DNA of 64,000 bases from Geosiphon pyriformis uo1 (taxonomy: Eukaryota > Fungi > Glomeromycota): assembly GCA_016748015.1 (NCBI GenBank), contig JAAOMT010000553.1, positions 87,828-151,827 of the forward strand. The letters run 5' to 3'. The notes beneath the pieces are model-generated. The model worked only from the letters and a program-made list of their open reading frames with translations, was not told the origin of the DNA and did no database searches. The position numbers were made by a program, and so were the translations under genes. Positions 39,160-51,304 of this stretch are shown here, in pieces (the first letter of the stretch is position 1; each line of letters begins with the position of its first letter).

Positions 39160-39470
39160 TTTTAACGAATATGACCCAATCATTACTTATTACAATACAG
39201 CCCAAAATGAGTGTGGCTCATGCGTTTTTTACACGTGATCACCCACCCGAGCCGATCAGAGCTACACTGCACCACCACAAATCAACAGACAAATTAGAAA
39301 CCAAAGTAATATTCTTTCTATATTCAAAAAAGCCTTTAACATTAAAAATCACAAAATTATCATTAATACTTAAATTTTTTTCCATATATTATCTTAAACT
39401 TAAAATTAAGCAGCCAAATTTACTTTTTATAAGCCAAAACATTAGTGTTTTCAAATCTATTTAAAGAATT
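39160..39470 (-). mobile_element. LINE 3' end remnant
   Basis: 39163-39290 resembles the 3' UTR at 12524-12640 (ttttaacga...tacacgtga.cac...ctacact). Confidence 0.7.
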
Positions 39471-39784
39471 AAAAAACCAAATTCTAAAAATAAAACAATA
39501 TTATAAATAGATTTATCAAATTATGTTTTGTAATTTAATACTAATAATTTTTAATAATTTTTAAAGATTTTGATAAATTTAAAATTTTATTTTTGAGTTT
39601 TTTTGTATAAAAAACAGAAAATTAAATATTTTGTTAATAATTGTAATTAAAAATTATTTATTTTCTATAATAAAGTTTTTGTAATTATGTTTTTAATTTT
39701 TGGATTTTTTAAAAAACAATACAAATAAATAGATATTTTAACAATATTAAATAAAATTCTTTTTATTTTTTATATTATAAGCAA

Positions 39785-41497
39785 CAAACTTCTTTTTCTT
39801 CTTCATCCCAAATTCTTGAAAAAGAGTCAAAATTTTGAAAGAAGTTTTTCTGTTTTTTATATATTGTCTTCCACTATTTCACAAGAAACAAACCCTTTTG
39901 TTGTCGATCCAGCTGCCACTATGAGTGGCCTTAGTGTTAAGAAAAGGTCAACCAGAGTTTCGACCACTGGTTTGATTGGTGGTGATTTAGGTCATAAAAT
40001 CAAGAAACCTCCCGGTGGTGCTAAGCTCTCAAGTGGTAATACAACTCTCGAAAGTGGTGGGTCTGGTCATGTGGTCAGGCAGTTTAATGACATAGATACT
40101 GATGGAAAAGCTTCTGAAGGTGAGGAAGTACCTGATTTCAAGATAAATATGCCTTAAGTCAAGCATTTCAATAATGGTGCGACTATTGGCTCCTTTCTCG
40201 GCTCTATTAATTATGACATGAATGATGAGGAGGAAGTTTCTCTTCCTCCCTGTTTGTCTTTCTCTCTGGAAAAGGTGTGAGTGGATCCCAAAATTGTTAA
40301 GTCTCAAATGGAAGTTGCTGTGAAGAAATCATTCGCTTTGGACATCAATCTATCTGCTGTAGAGGGGAAATTAGCAATGGCCAAGACTCAGGTTATCAGG
40401 AAATTATTTTCAACAATCAATGGTTTTGAGGAGGCCACTATCCCCTCAAAATTTGAAGGGATTATCTGATCAACGTTTACTTCATCAAAAAACATGGAAA
40501 AAGCCACATTATTGGCCAGGGAAAATAACATCATAGTAAACAGCAATCTTAAGAAACAAGAAATTTGCTCAGATCAGGCTGTAGTAATCAAGGAAATTCC
40601 CATGGACATGCCAAAAAAAATGATCATCACTGCAGTATCCGAGTTTGGTCAAGTGGTGTCAATCTGAGTGCAACTCATTGAGCTGTGGCAGAAGGCTGTG
40701 GTGGAGTTTGCCAAATCGAGTCAGGCAGATCAGTTGGCAGCTAAGTGGTTGTTCTTAATCGGGAAGGATTCGGTGCATGTAGTCAAAGCTGTGAGGGATT
40801 GTGAGACATGGACATCTAGGGATTGGTATAAGACACTTTTGGTTACTTTACCAGTAGGAACAATGGCTTATGATCTTGGTAATCTCTTGGCAGAAGCTGT
40901 TAGGAAAACTTGTGTCATAAATTGGTCCTTGGACACTGGCAATAGAGTTCGTTGTGTTGTGGTTTGTTTTGAAAATGACAAAGTATTGGAGTCTGCATTT
41001 CATACAGAGCCTATTTTTGGTGGGGTGAAACTTTCTTGGACTAAATTGGACCTTGTTTGGTGTGAACAGTGTGAGAAACTTGGTCATTCTGTTCTAGAGT
41101 GTGATACTGAGATCTCAGCTTCTACTAAACTGTCTAAGTCATTTAAAAAGGTTGTTTCTGATGAGAACCGCCTCTAGTTGGCCAAGCTGTATGCGAAAAA
41201 GGGTGTGCTTATTTCTTGACTGGCTGCATTTGGTGGCAAATCTTGGGTTCAGGTTGTCTCTCTGGTATCTTCATCTGATGGTTCTCACCCGGTTCTGGTT
41301 CTGGTTTTGGCTCTTCTTCTGGTGCCTCAAGTGTGGTTGGTCACTCGTCTCCTGTGGTTTCTGTTAATTCATTTTTGGAAACTTGTCTCGCTTCTTTGGA
41401 GCATTCTTTGGAACTTCTCACAGATAAGGTGTTGGGTATTGTAAACAAACTTGACAATTTAAACCTGGTGCCCATGGCTCTCACCTCCTCTTCTCAG
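39785..41497 (+). mobile_element. LINE 5' UTR and ORF1 (CCHC), truncated by a Gypsy LTR
   Basis: ORF1 pieces homologous to 53301-55184 (LWQKAVVEF, CEQCEKLGHSVLEC); ends exactly at the LTR start. Confidence 0.88.
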
Positions 41498-42446
41498 TGT
41501 TACTGGAGGTTTTTGGTCTCTTTTCTTAAATGTTGTCAATGCTTGTTTGCTGTGAATTCACGTTTTCTGAATGTGGTTGAATTTCCAGTAACTGAATTTT
41601 CTCTTCAAATTATCTCCTATAATTTGAACTGCTGGGCTTATAAGTGGAATGGCCAATTCTGTGCCAGTTACTTTGTATAGTTACGTTGTAGTAAATGTCA
41701 ACTCTTTCCCAAGAATTGCTTGTCTAAAAGCTCACTAAAAATGTGTAGTTACTTTGCTGTGAAAATCAACTCTTCTACAGGAATCTTGTCTGTAGGCTAC
41801 TCTAATGATTGTAATAAGAAAAGAAAAGAAAAATAAAAAAAATATAAAAGAAATAGGTTTTTATCAAAGAAAACGTTTTCTATTCAGGCCTGGAGTCACT
41901 AACAGTTTACTGAAATTGGTAGCTAATCAATTTCAAAACGTTAGTTGGGTTTTGAGGATTTTCCAAGTGCAATAGTTTAAAGAATTTTGTTTTTTTTGAA
42001 TTATTTGATATTTATTTCTCTTGTGTATATAAGAACAGTTTTAAGAGATAAATCTAAAGTAAGATACATTTTCTCGAAGAGAGAAGCTTTTCTTTTATAC
42101 AACTTGTCATAACACTATTTTATGAACTTGAACTTTGCTATTTTCTACAATTTTGCTGAAATAAAGATACATTTTGGCAAACTACAAGTTATTTCTGCGA
42201 ACTATTAAATATTTTGGTGAACTATCAATTATTTCAGCGAATTTCTACAAATTTCGGTAAACTTTTGAATGTTACATAGTTCGGGTATTACATAATTGAT
42301 CATTGCAATTAGGTTACATTTGTGTTGTGCACAATTTGGGTTATTAATTAAATGATAATTTCGGACATTTTTGCTAATGTAATAAGTAATAATTTGAAAT
42401 GATAATATATGCTAATTAATAATAGGAATTATAAGATAATTTTATG

Positions 42447-43166
42447 CTAAATAATATTTCTAATTTCATCTGGTAACATAACCTCCTCCTCAAGACTAAG
42501 CTCTGTCAAAGTCCAAGTACTGTTTGTCATTTTTAGATAATAATCCAAAATTATTGAAGAAATTTGGTCTGAAAATTGTTGAAATTTCAGTTCTGTGAGC
42601 TTTCCAATATATTGAATCTTCAAAGGTTGAAAAATTGGGTTTTGTAGTACATTTTCACAGGTATAAAATAGGTCATAAAGTCTAAGAGCAGCTCTGAGCC
42701 TGTAGTGACTGTTTGTTGATCGAGCTGTTGTCTTGAATTCGTTGTGGAGTTGTTTCTAAATAGCTTCTTTTGTAAGGTTTGCTGTTGTAAATTCCAGTTT
42801 CCGTTCATAGAGTGTTTTTCCAATATGAAAATATCTATAAATTGGAGGATATTCAGTGTTTTCCTTATTGAGACACAGTTGAAGTCTTTGTTGAATTATA
42901 GTATTTGGTAGAATACTAATCAGAGTGAGCATTAGATTTTCTCTTAAAGCAAGCTTTAAAAGTTCTGGCAAGTGAATTCCAGTATAACTTCTTGTGTTCT
43001 TCTTATATGGGTGATATTTTCGTGAATTTGGGGCTAAATTTGTAACTACTTCTATTTGGGTATAATTAATGTGGTTTCCAGTAACAGTAATGGATAATTC
43101 GGGTATTGTTTTTAAAGCTAACATTAGTTTTTGGGATAATTGTTGAATGTTTTGAGAAATAGTCAT
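42447..43166 (-). CDS. Gypsy ORF3 of unknown function (~240 aa, one internal TAG)
   Basis: The frame of ORF 42756-43175 continues past a single TAG (likely from TGG): KQLHNEFKTT...YRLRAALRLYDLFY...IQYIGKL...LEEEVMLPDEIRNII*, through the PPT into the 3' LTR. Confidence 0.65.
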
Positions 43167-43312
43167 TATAAACAATTTGAAATAAAAGAAAATTATTTTT
43201 GGTGTATGAGTTTTTATGTTATTTTTGTTTTGTTTTTGTGAGATTGTTTCTAAATTATAAGAAAATAACTATAATAATAAATTTAAATTAAGTGTTTAAG
43301 TTGGGAGGCTGT

Positions 43313-44647
43313 TCAATGACAACTATTGGTTCTAAATTTTGGGGAATGTCTTCGGGATTGATTAAAGGAGAATGTGTACCAATTTGTGGAATTATAGTGT
43401 TTCAAATGATCTCTATGTGCAACTTTTGCTAGAATTTTGTCATCAAGTCTTAGTTTGTATGATCCGTTGCCTAAAACTTCATAGATAAAGAATGGTTCAT
43501 CCCATTTATTCTCAAATTTTCCACTCCATTGTTTTTCAGCTTTAGTTCTGTGTAAGAGAACTTTGTTTCCAATTTTAAATTCATTGGTGACTGGAGGCAA
43601 TTTGTCATCATGCCATTCTTTTTGTTGAGCTTGGGAGTGTTCAATATGGGTGGCTGCTATTCATTGTTTTCTTTCCAATGTGCTAAGCAGAATGTAGGCT
43701 CTTTGTTAAAGTGTTTCTTGGAAATTGTTTTTATCGATTGGTTGTGCTGGATATGTTTCCACTGTGAAACTAATTAGTAATGTTGCTGTCCTTCCGTAAG
43801 TTAAATCAAATGGTGTGTGTTTTGTGGTATCTTGTTTTAGTGTCCTATATGCTAGTAACACTGATGGAATAAAGAGATCCCATTCTTGCTCAAAATCAGT
43901 TGAAACTTTGGCTAATGATTCACACAATGTTCTGTCGAACCGTTCTACCAGTCTATTTGTTTGTGGATAGTAGGGTGAAGATAATGGTCTCTTGACATTA
44001 AATTGTCCACAAATTTCTTGGATTAAATTGTTCACGAAATGTGTTCCTTGATCAGATAAAAGTTCTATTGGGCATCCATGTCTACAAATGATGTCTTTGT
44101 AGATGAAGTTTGCTACTGATTTTGCATCTGCTCGTTGAATGGCTCTGGCTTTAGGCCATTTGGTGAGATAGTCTACAGCTACTGCAATATAGTGGTTTCC
44201 TTGGTTTGTGATAGATAGTGGTCCAACTAAATTGATACCAACTCTGTCAAAAGGCTGTCCAACTTTGATTGGGTTTAAAGGTTCTGTAGGGCGAGTTCCT
44301 TCTCTTCTTTGACAACTATCACAAGATTTGACATATTTGTGAATGTCTTTTTTCATTCGAGGCCAAAAGTAGTATTCTAGTGTTCTTTGGGTGGTGCTGT
44401 CTTTTCTGAAGTGAGCTGATGAAGGATCTGAGTGCATGTTGTATAATATAGTCTCTTTTTTCTGTTCTTGTATTAATCTGAGTGGTTTGTCTGGGTTTTT
44501 GAAATTTTGATGATAAATAATGTTATTGTGTAGAAAATATTGTTTGGCTTGTTGTTGTAGTCGATGTTTTTCATTTGGAGACCGATCTGTTGGAATTGTT
44601 AATGTTTCCAAATATTGTTTGAGATCATTGTAGTTTTCCGAATTCAT
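43313..44647 (-). CDS. Gypsy integrase (zinc finger, DDE core, GPY/F), own ATG, pseudogenised
   Basis: HSDPSSAHF...CDSC; RVGINLVGP; SDQGTHF; NRLVER; KWDEPF. Confidence 0.9.
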
Positions 44648-46539
44648 TGTTTGTTGGCTCTTTTGGTTGGTTAAGTTGAGTGTTGGTTTTTGTTTTCTAA
44701 TCTTGTCTCATTCTGAAGAGACAGTCAACATTGGTGTAGAGTTTTTCTGGTTTGTGATGTACTATGTATCAATAATTTGCTAGAAATCCTGTCCATTGGG
44801 TTTGTTTTGCATTTAGCTGAGTATTTTTGTTCTGAAGCCATTTGAGTCCAATATTATCAGTGATAATATCGAATTCTTTAGGCCTGAGATAAAGGTTGAA
44901 GTGGTGTAGGGCCCAAATTATGGCTGCTGTTTCTAGTTCTGTGGCAGGGTAGTTTTTCTCAGCAGGTTTTAATGTTCCGTTAGCATAAGCAATTACTTGC
45001 TCATTTCCATTGTCATCTAGTTATGATAAGATGGCACCAAAGACAGTATATGAAGCATCTGTAGCTAGTCAAAATCAGTTGCTGAAATCCAGGTAGGCGA
45101 GGATTGGGGCTGTTGTCAGTTTTTTTTTGAGACTTTCAAAAGCTTTTTGGTGTTCAGTAGTCCATTTGTATTCCATGTTTTTGGTGGTGAGCTGGTTGAG
45201 GGGTTTTGCAATTTCCAAGAATCCTTTGATAAACTTCCGATAGTAGGATGCTAATCCTATGAATCCTCTTAGTTCTGTAGTATTTTGTGGAATTTTGAAG
45301 TTCTTAACAGCACTGATTTTTCCTGGATCTGGTTTGACTTCTTCTTTACTAACTATGTGACCAAGAAAGACCAAACTTGTTTTTCCAAAATGGCATTTTT
45401 CAATGTTTAGTTTTAATCCTGCTCTACGTAATCATTGAAAAACTTCTCGCAGGTAAATTAAATGGAGTTTGAAAGATGGGAAATAAACATCAATGTTATC
45501 AAGATAGACAACTACTGATTTCCAAAGGAGTCCAACATATACAACATTTATGAGTCTTTGGAATGTTGCTGGTGCATTGCATAATCCAAAGGGCATTACA
45601 TTAAATTTGTAGTTTCCTCCTTGTGTTGTGAATGCTGTTTTGAGGCGGTCCTTGGGATTCATGGCAACTTGCCAGTATCTGCTTTCTAGGTCTAATGTTG
45701 AAAAGTATTTAGATTTTCTAAGAGCATCTAACATGTCATCGATTCGCGGAAGAGGGTAAGCATCTCCAATAGTGACATTGTTGAGTTGTTGATAATCAAC
45801 ACAGAATCGTATTTTTCCATTTTTCTTTTTAACTAGGACCACTGATAAGGCCCATGGACTCATTAATGGTTGAATAAGCCTATTGTTAAGCATCTGTTGT
45901 ATTTCTTCTCGGATAAATTGGTGGCTTTCTGGAGCAACTTGATATGCTTGTTGTTTTCTTGGTTTGGTGTCTCCTGTATAAATTTGGTGTTAGACCAAAT
46001 CAGTTTTTCCTAAGTCATTGTTGTTTTCAGTGAAGATATCAGCAAATTCTGCAATTAGTTCTTTGAGCTGGGTCTGTTGTTGTGGTTCAAGTTGTCCCAT
46101 GTTGATTCGAGATAGTTTTTCCATGACAACATAGTAGTTTTCGGAGCTGGGATTCGGATTGATTTTTGGTAGTGAATGTCCAATAATTTCAGAAAAATTG
46201 GGGACTGTTTGGGGTAATTCTTGTTGAAATATGTTACTGTGAATGATTCTAATTTCTAAGTTATTTAATAAAACTATGGGATAATTGTTAGAATTGTAAA
46301 AAGTAACTTGAACTTTCTTTGTTTCTTCTGAGATATAAATGTTTGGGATCGAGATATTATGTTTCAAGCAGATTTGTTCATTTGATTCAAAAATTTGTTG
46401 TGTGTTTGTTGGCTTTTCACAAATGTAAATTTCAGGGTGTTCTCCAAAGGGTGAAATGGTAATTGGTTGTGGAAGTTGTAAAATTTGGTGAGATTCTTTC
46501 TGTTTATTGAGAGCTATGTTTACTGGAACTGTGAAACGT

Positions 46540-46960
46540 CCAGTTGAACCAAAACCTTGTGTTCCTCTTTCGCTTTTTCCCAACTGTTCTCTTTGATTAA
46601 CTAATTGTAAACCCGAAATGTTGATTAAGGGTAGATAGATAGCTTGAGCAATTTTTTAAGCATATCCAATTTTGAAAGGTTTATCAGTTTTATTTTGTAA
46701 CATGACTGTGATGTCTCCTGTGTATCCAGCATCGATAATTCCTCCTCTAACATTGATTTTTTTGCTTGCCAAGAATGATTGAGAAGCAATTTGAATCATT
46801 GCTCCTGGTGGAATTTTGAAGGCAATTTTGAGGTTGATTTTTGTGAGAGATTTGGGTTTGAGAGTAAGAGTATCTTTTCCTGGATATCTTAGATCATATC
46901 CAGCATCAATCTCGTGGACTTTTTTTGGTTTTATTCTTTGTCCATTGTTGTTGAAATATT
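46540..46960 (-). CDS. dUTPase domain within Gypsy pol
   Basis: DAGYDL, ASQS(RSS), GIIDAGYTG, IAQAI, RGTQGFGSTG correspond to dUTPase motifs 1-5. Confidence 0.92.
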
Positions 46961-49900
46961 TGAGTTGTAAAGCAGGCTGATTTTCAATAAGATAGATGAG
47001 TGTTGTCTCAATTTCTTCTGTTGCTTCAAGTTCTCCGAATTCAATTTCGTATTCATCATTTTTGCTGGACAAGGGAATGCTAAAAGCATAGCATTCAGGA
47101 CACCACTGTTCATCACAAGGCATAATACATTCTTCATATAGCCTAATGTTCATTTGCTCTAATTGTTGAATTTGAGCTTCTTGAGTTGGGTAGGTGTAAC
47201 TTGCGATTTGGTGGTAGACTTTTACTTCGTCTTCATAATCAAATCCAGCTAATTCTATAGTGTATTCAATGTATTCTACTTCTTTCATTTGGCGAACATC
47301 TTCTTTGGTAGCTCCATTAATTAATGCCATTACTAGGTCGAAAATCATTTCAGCATCATGGGAGTAGTGATAAAGTTTGTTGAGAGCATTGTTGTATGCT
47401 GCATTAAAGGATGTTCCTCTTTTTACTTTTTCTGAAATTGATAAAGCATATTGGCAGGTCTGATCGTAGACTTCTTTTCTCATAGCTACATCAATCCAAT
47501 TGCATTCTTCCGGTAGCATATCTCTACAAGTCAAGCAAGGGGTGTTGTCCTATTTTCCACTCTTTTTTATTAGATGGCCCCATCATTCTCTGTGGTAAGC
47601 CTTGCAGTAATAACAAGTATGATTCTCATATTCTTCTTCAGGTGAAATGCAGGCTCCTATTGACGATAGTTTCTTGTGGCAGTCCTTACATTTAAGGGGA
47701 ATATAGGGGCATTGTTTTCTTGGTTCAGGTTTTGAGTAAGGTATATTCCATCCAGAGGTTTTGGGTTTAGTGTGTGGGGTAAAATGTTCTTGTTCTGTTT
47801 CATCAGCCCAATTGGATGTTGATTCCAGAGCCATAAATGTTTCAATAAGAGGTTTTTCCTCTTCCAGTTTGAATTCAAAAGCCAGGGCTTTTTCAGAGTA
47901 TTTGTTGAATGTACCACAAATGGCAGGTACCCAGGCGTGTTGTCCTTGGTAGGAGATTGTTAACTCTTGTGTTTTCCAATTCAGATTAGCATTGGCTTTT
48001 TGAAGCCAATCATTTCCGACAAGAGCTTGGTATTGAGGTACATCTATTACAAGAACTTTGACTGGAATGGTGATTCCATCAAGAATGAATGGAAAATTGT
48101 CAATTTCTCCTACTGGGGTCTTTTTCATGCCACCGGCAGTGACGATTACTGTTTGAGCTGGTCAGTCGACATTTTTTTTCAACTGTTGTATTAACTGGTA
48201 GGTGATAATGCTTCCGGCGGATCTACTGTCTAGGATCAAGCGAATTGTCTTTCCTTCGACTTCAGCTTCAGTATACATGGCCGTGATTGCTTTTTGTTCA
48301 TTGGCAGCTGCATTGCTAAGCAGAAATGGTGACTCATTTGCTTCGAACTCAAAAGGAAATATATCTGAAAGGTTAGCATTTTCAGCGATTCTGGCTGGTG
48401 GAATTGTGGTGGGAGTATAGGAAGGGTTTTGTTGTTGTGCTGCAGCTCTACCTTCCGAGAGTGCAGTATGGTAAAAATCCTGTTCTTCTGGCATTGTTAA
48501 ATAACTGGGTTGAGTATGGTAAGAGTTGGGTCTTGGTTGAGTGGTATTTTGGGGAACCAATTGGTTGTTCGAACTAATTCTATTGTTGTTTGCTTGGTAT
48601 CAGTTTTGTGGTGTGAATTGATTTTGTGTAAGCAGTCTTCGAGCAGATACTTGATAATGTTGTGTGAATGGTTGTTGGTATTGCTGTGGGATTGGCTGTG
48701 GGGTGGACTGATAATAGTTATTTTGATATTGGGATCTTGGTGGATAGTAAGCTGGTGGTGGCGGTTGATAATAAGATTGCTGTAGTGGAGGGTAATGTTG
48801 ATTACTCCTATTTTGTTGGTCTCGTTGTAGCTTTCTGCAATCTCTTTTCCAGTGGCCAGGGATTTTACAGTAATGGCAATTCTGAGGCTGGTTATTGGAA
48901 AGTGGTGCAAAGTTATTTTGATTTCGTCTTTGGGGTTGCTGTTGTTGTTGATTGGTGAAATAGTTTTCAATCTTCTTTGTGAATTGGTCAATTTTTCCTC
49001 AGCTGCTGAGCTGGTTTCTCCAATTGCCAAATTTACAAGTTTTGTGCGGTTGGCCTCTTCCATGGCCATTTTATATCTTTTCGCATGCTGTATGGCAGAG
49101 TTTAAATCTTCTGGCACATGTGAGTAAACCTTTTTAATTAGTTTATTTTTTAGACCAGTGATAAATTGATCCAAGATTTGAGCATCGGAATAATAATCAT
49201 TTGTTTTGAGTTGGTGAATTCGTCTAAGAAGTTTGTTGAATTTCCCAATATAAGTCATAACAGATTCAGAGGGTTCTTGTTTGATATTTTGAAAACGATT
49301 GCGAAGAGTAATGGAAGTGTTATTGTCAGTGAACTGTTCAAGGAAGGCTGCTTTAAAAACATTCCAATCATTGAATGGGACGGCCAAGTTTTCAAACCAT
49401 TCTCCTGCTGTTCCTTTGAGAAAGTAGAGAATTGTTCTTAACATTCTGGCAGCATTTCATCTATTTGCATCTCCAGCTTTAGTAATTTGGTCGAGCCATT
49501 CTTGGGGACTGGTCTCAATATCTTTTCCATTGAATTCAGGGATTTTTGTGATGTATGTTGTCATTTCGTCTTCTTCGTCTTTACTGTCTATTGATTTTTC
49601 TTCAGATATTTCAGGTTCATTTTCTTTGTTCACTGTTGTCTCAGAGTGTTTACTTTGGTTTTCAGCTAGAAAGTCAAGGAGATTGGAACTAGTTTGAAGG
49701 GGTTCTTGTTGTCTGGTGAGACTTCTGAGTAATATAAAATCTTTTGGTCTTGTAAATTGATTCAAGAGTGAATTAGGTGTTTGTGATTGTGCAAGTGAAG
49801 CTGAAAAAGGTGTGATAGTAAGTGGAAGTTTTGAACTGGTTCCTTGTTTAGGTGTTTGTAAATGTTTGAATGATATTTTGGAAGTATTGGGTGTTGTGTG

Positions 49901-51304
49901 AACAGGTCGGTTATCTCTTTGTCTTTTGTTGCTACTGGTTTTAGGTTCAGATTCAAGTTCAAAGACAAATTGTACATTTGCAGGATATTTTTCTTCACAG
50001 AATTGAATGATATTATAATCAAGTTCTTCAAAATAAGTAGCACAAGCTTCAGCACTAATTTTTTCTGATTCAGTGTTGGAATAGTGTAGTATGTTCTTAA
50101 GAAGATCTCTTTTAACTGTTGTAATGTTATAGTTTCCAAAGAGATAGTCGTTGATTCGATTTTCGATGTATTGAAAAAGTGTTTTCTTGAAAGCTATAAT
50201 TCCGTCGCGTATTTCAAATAGTTGTTTGCAGTGTGTGTAAATTGATTGATAGTACTCTAAAGTTGTGATGTCTGAGGCAGTCATCACTTTGAATTTGTTG
50301 TTGCTGTGTTATTTCTGTAGAAGAGCACCAAATGTTACCAGAGATTTTTGGTCTCTTTTCTTAAATGTTGTTGATGCTTGTTTGCTGTGAATTCACGTTT
50401 TCTGGATGTGGTTGAATCTCCAGTAACTGAATTTATCTTCAAATTATCTCCTATAATTTGAACTGCTGGGCTTAAAGTGGAATGGCCAATTCTATGCCAG
50501 TTACTTTGTATAGTTATGTTGTAGTAAACGTTAACTCTTTTCCAGAAATTGCTTGTCTGGAAGCTTACTAAATTGTGTGTAGTTACTTTTGCTGTGAAAG
50601 TCAACTCTTCTACAGGAATCTTGTCTGTAGGCTACCCTAATGATTATGATAATAAAATAAAAGAAAATAAAAAAAAAGGAAAAAAAAAGAAGAAATGAGG
50701 AATTGATTTGTTAAAGTCATTTTGGATCCAGGTCTGGAAGTGTTTTAACAGTCTACTGAAATTGGTAGCTAATCAATTTCAAACTGTTAGTTGTGTTTTT
50801 GAGGATTTTCTAAGTGCGATAATTTAAAGAATTTGGTTTTTCAAATTATTTGATATTTATTTCTTTTTGTGTGTATAAGAATGGTTCTAAGTGATAAATC
50901 TAAAGTAAGATACATTTTCTCAAAGAGAGAAGCTCTTCTTTTATACAACTTGTCGTAACACTATTCTATGAACTTGAACTTTGTTATTTTCTACAATTTT
51001 GCTAAACTAAAGATACATTTCGGCAAACTACAAGTTATTTCTGCGAACTATTAAATATTTCGGCAAATTTCTATAAATTTCGGTGAACTTTTGAATGTTA
51101 CATAGTTCGGAGTATTGCATGATTGATTATTGCAATTAGGTTACATTTGTGTTGTGTACAATTTGGGTTATTAAATAAAATGATAATTTTGGACATTTTT
51201 GCTAATGTAATAAGTGATAATTTGAAATGATAATATGCTAATTAATGATAGAAATTATAAGATAATTTTATGCTAAATAATATCTCCAATTTTGTCTGGT
51301 AACA

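Larger units (their letters stand above)
41498..51304 (-). mobile_element. Two-LTR Ty3/Gypsy retrotransposon, family A: gag-PR-Cys-dUTPase-RT-RH, separate integrase ORF, ORF3
   Basis: LTRs 50333-51304 (5') and 41498-42478 (3'), TG...CA; PBS-like TGGTGCTC at 50330-50323; PPT GAGGAGGAGG at ~42491-42482; CCHC CHYCKIPGHWKRDC; PR LILDSRSAGS; RT YLDN; integrase DDE region. Scattered stops and frameshifts. Confidence 0.95.

Noticed and set aside
42170-42270. Repeat-spacer-like array suggestive of CRISPR
   Set aside because: Short degenerate tandem units inside a eukaryotic LTR, with no unique spacers or cas genes.
48510-48958. Hydrophobic antisense ORFs over gag (also 58594-59058) as env-like membrane proteins
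   Set aside because: They are the reverse complement of Gln/Asn/Pro-rich gag codons, which yields Leu/Val/Trp-rich shadows.
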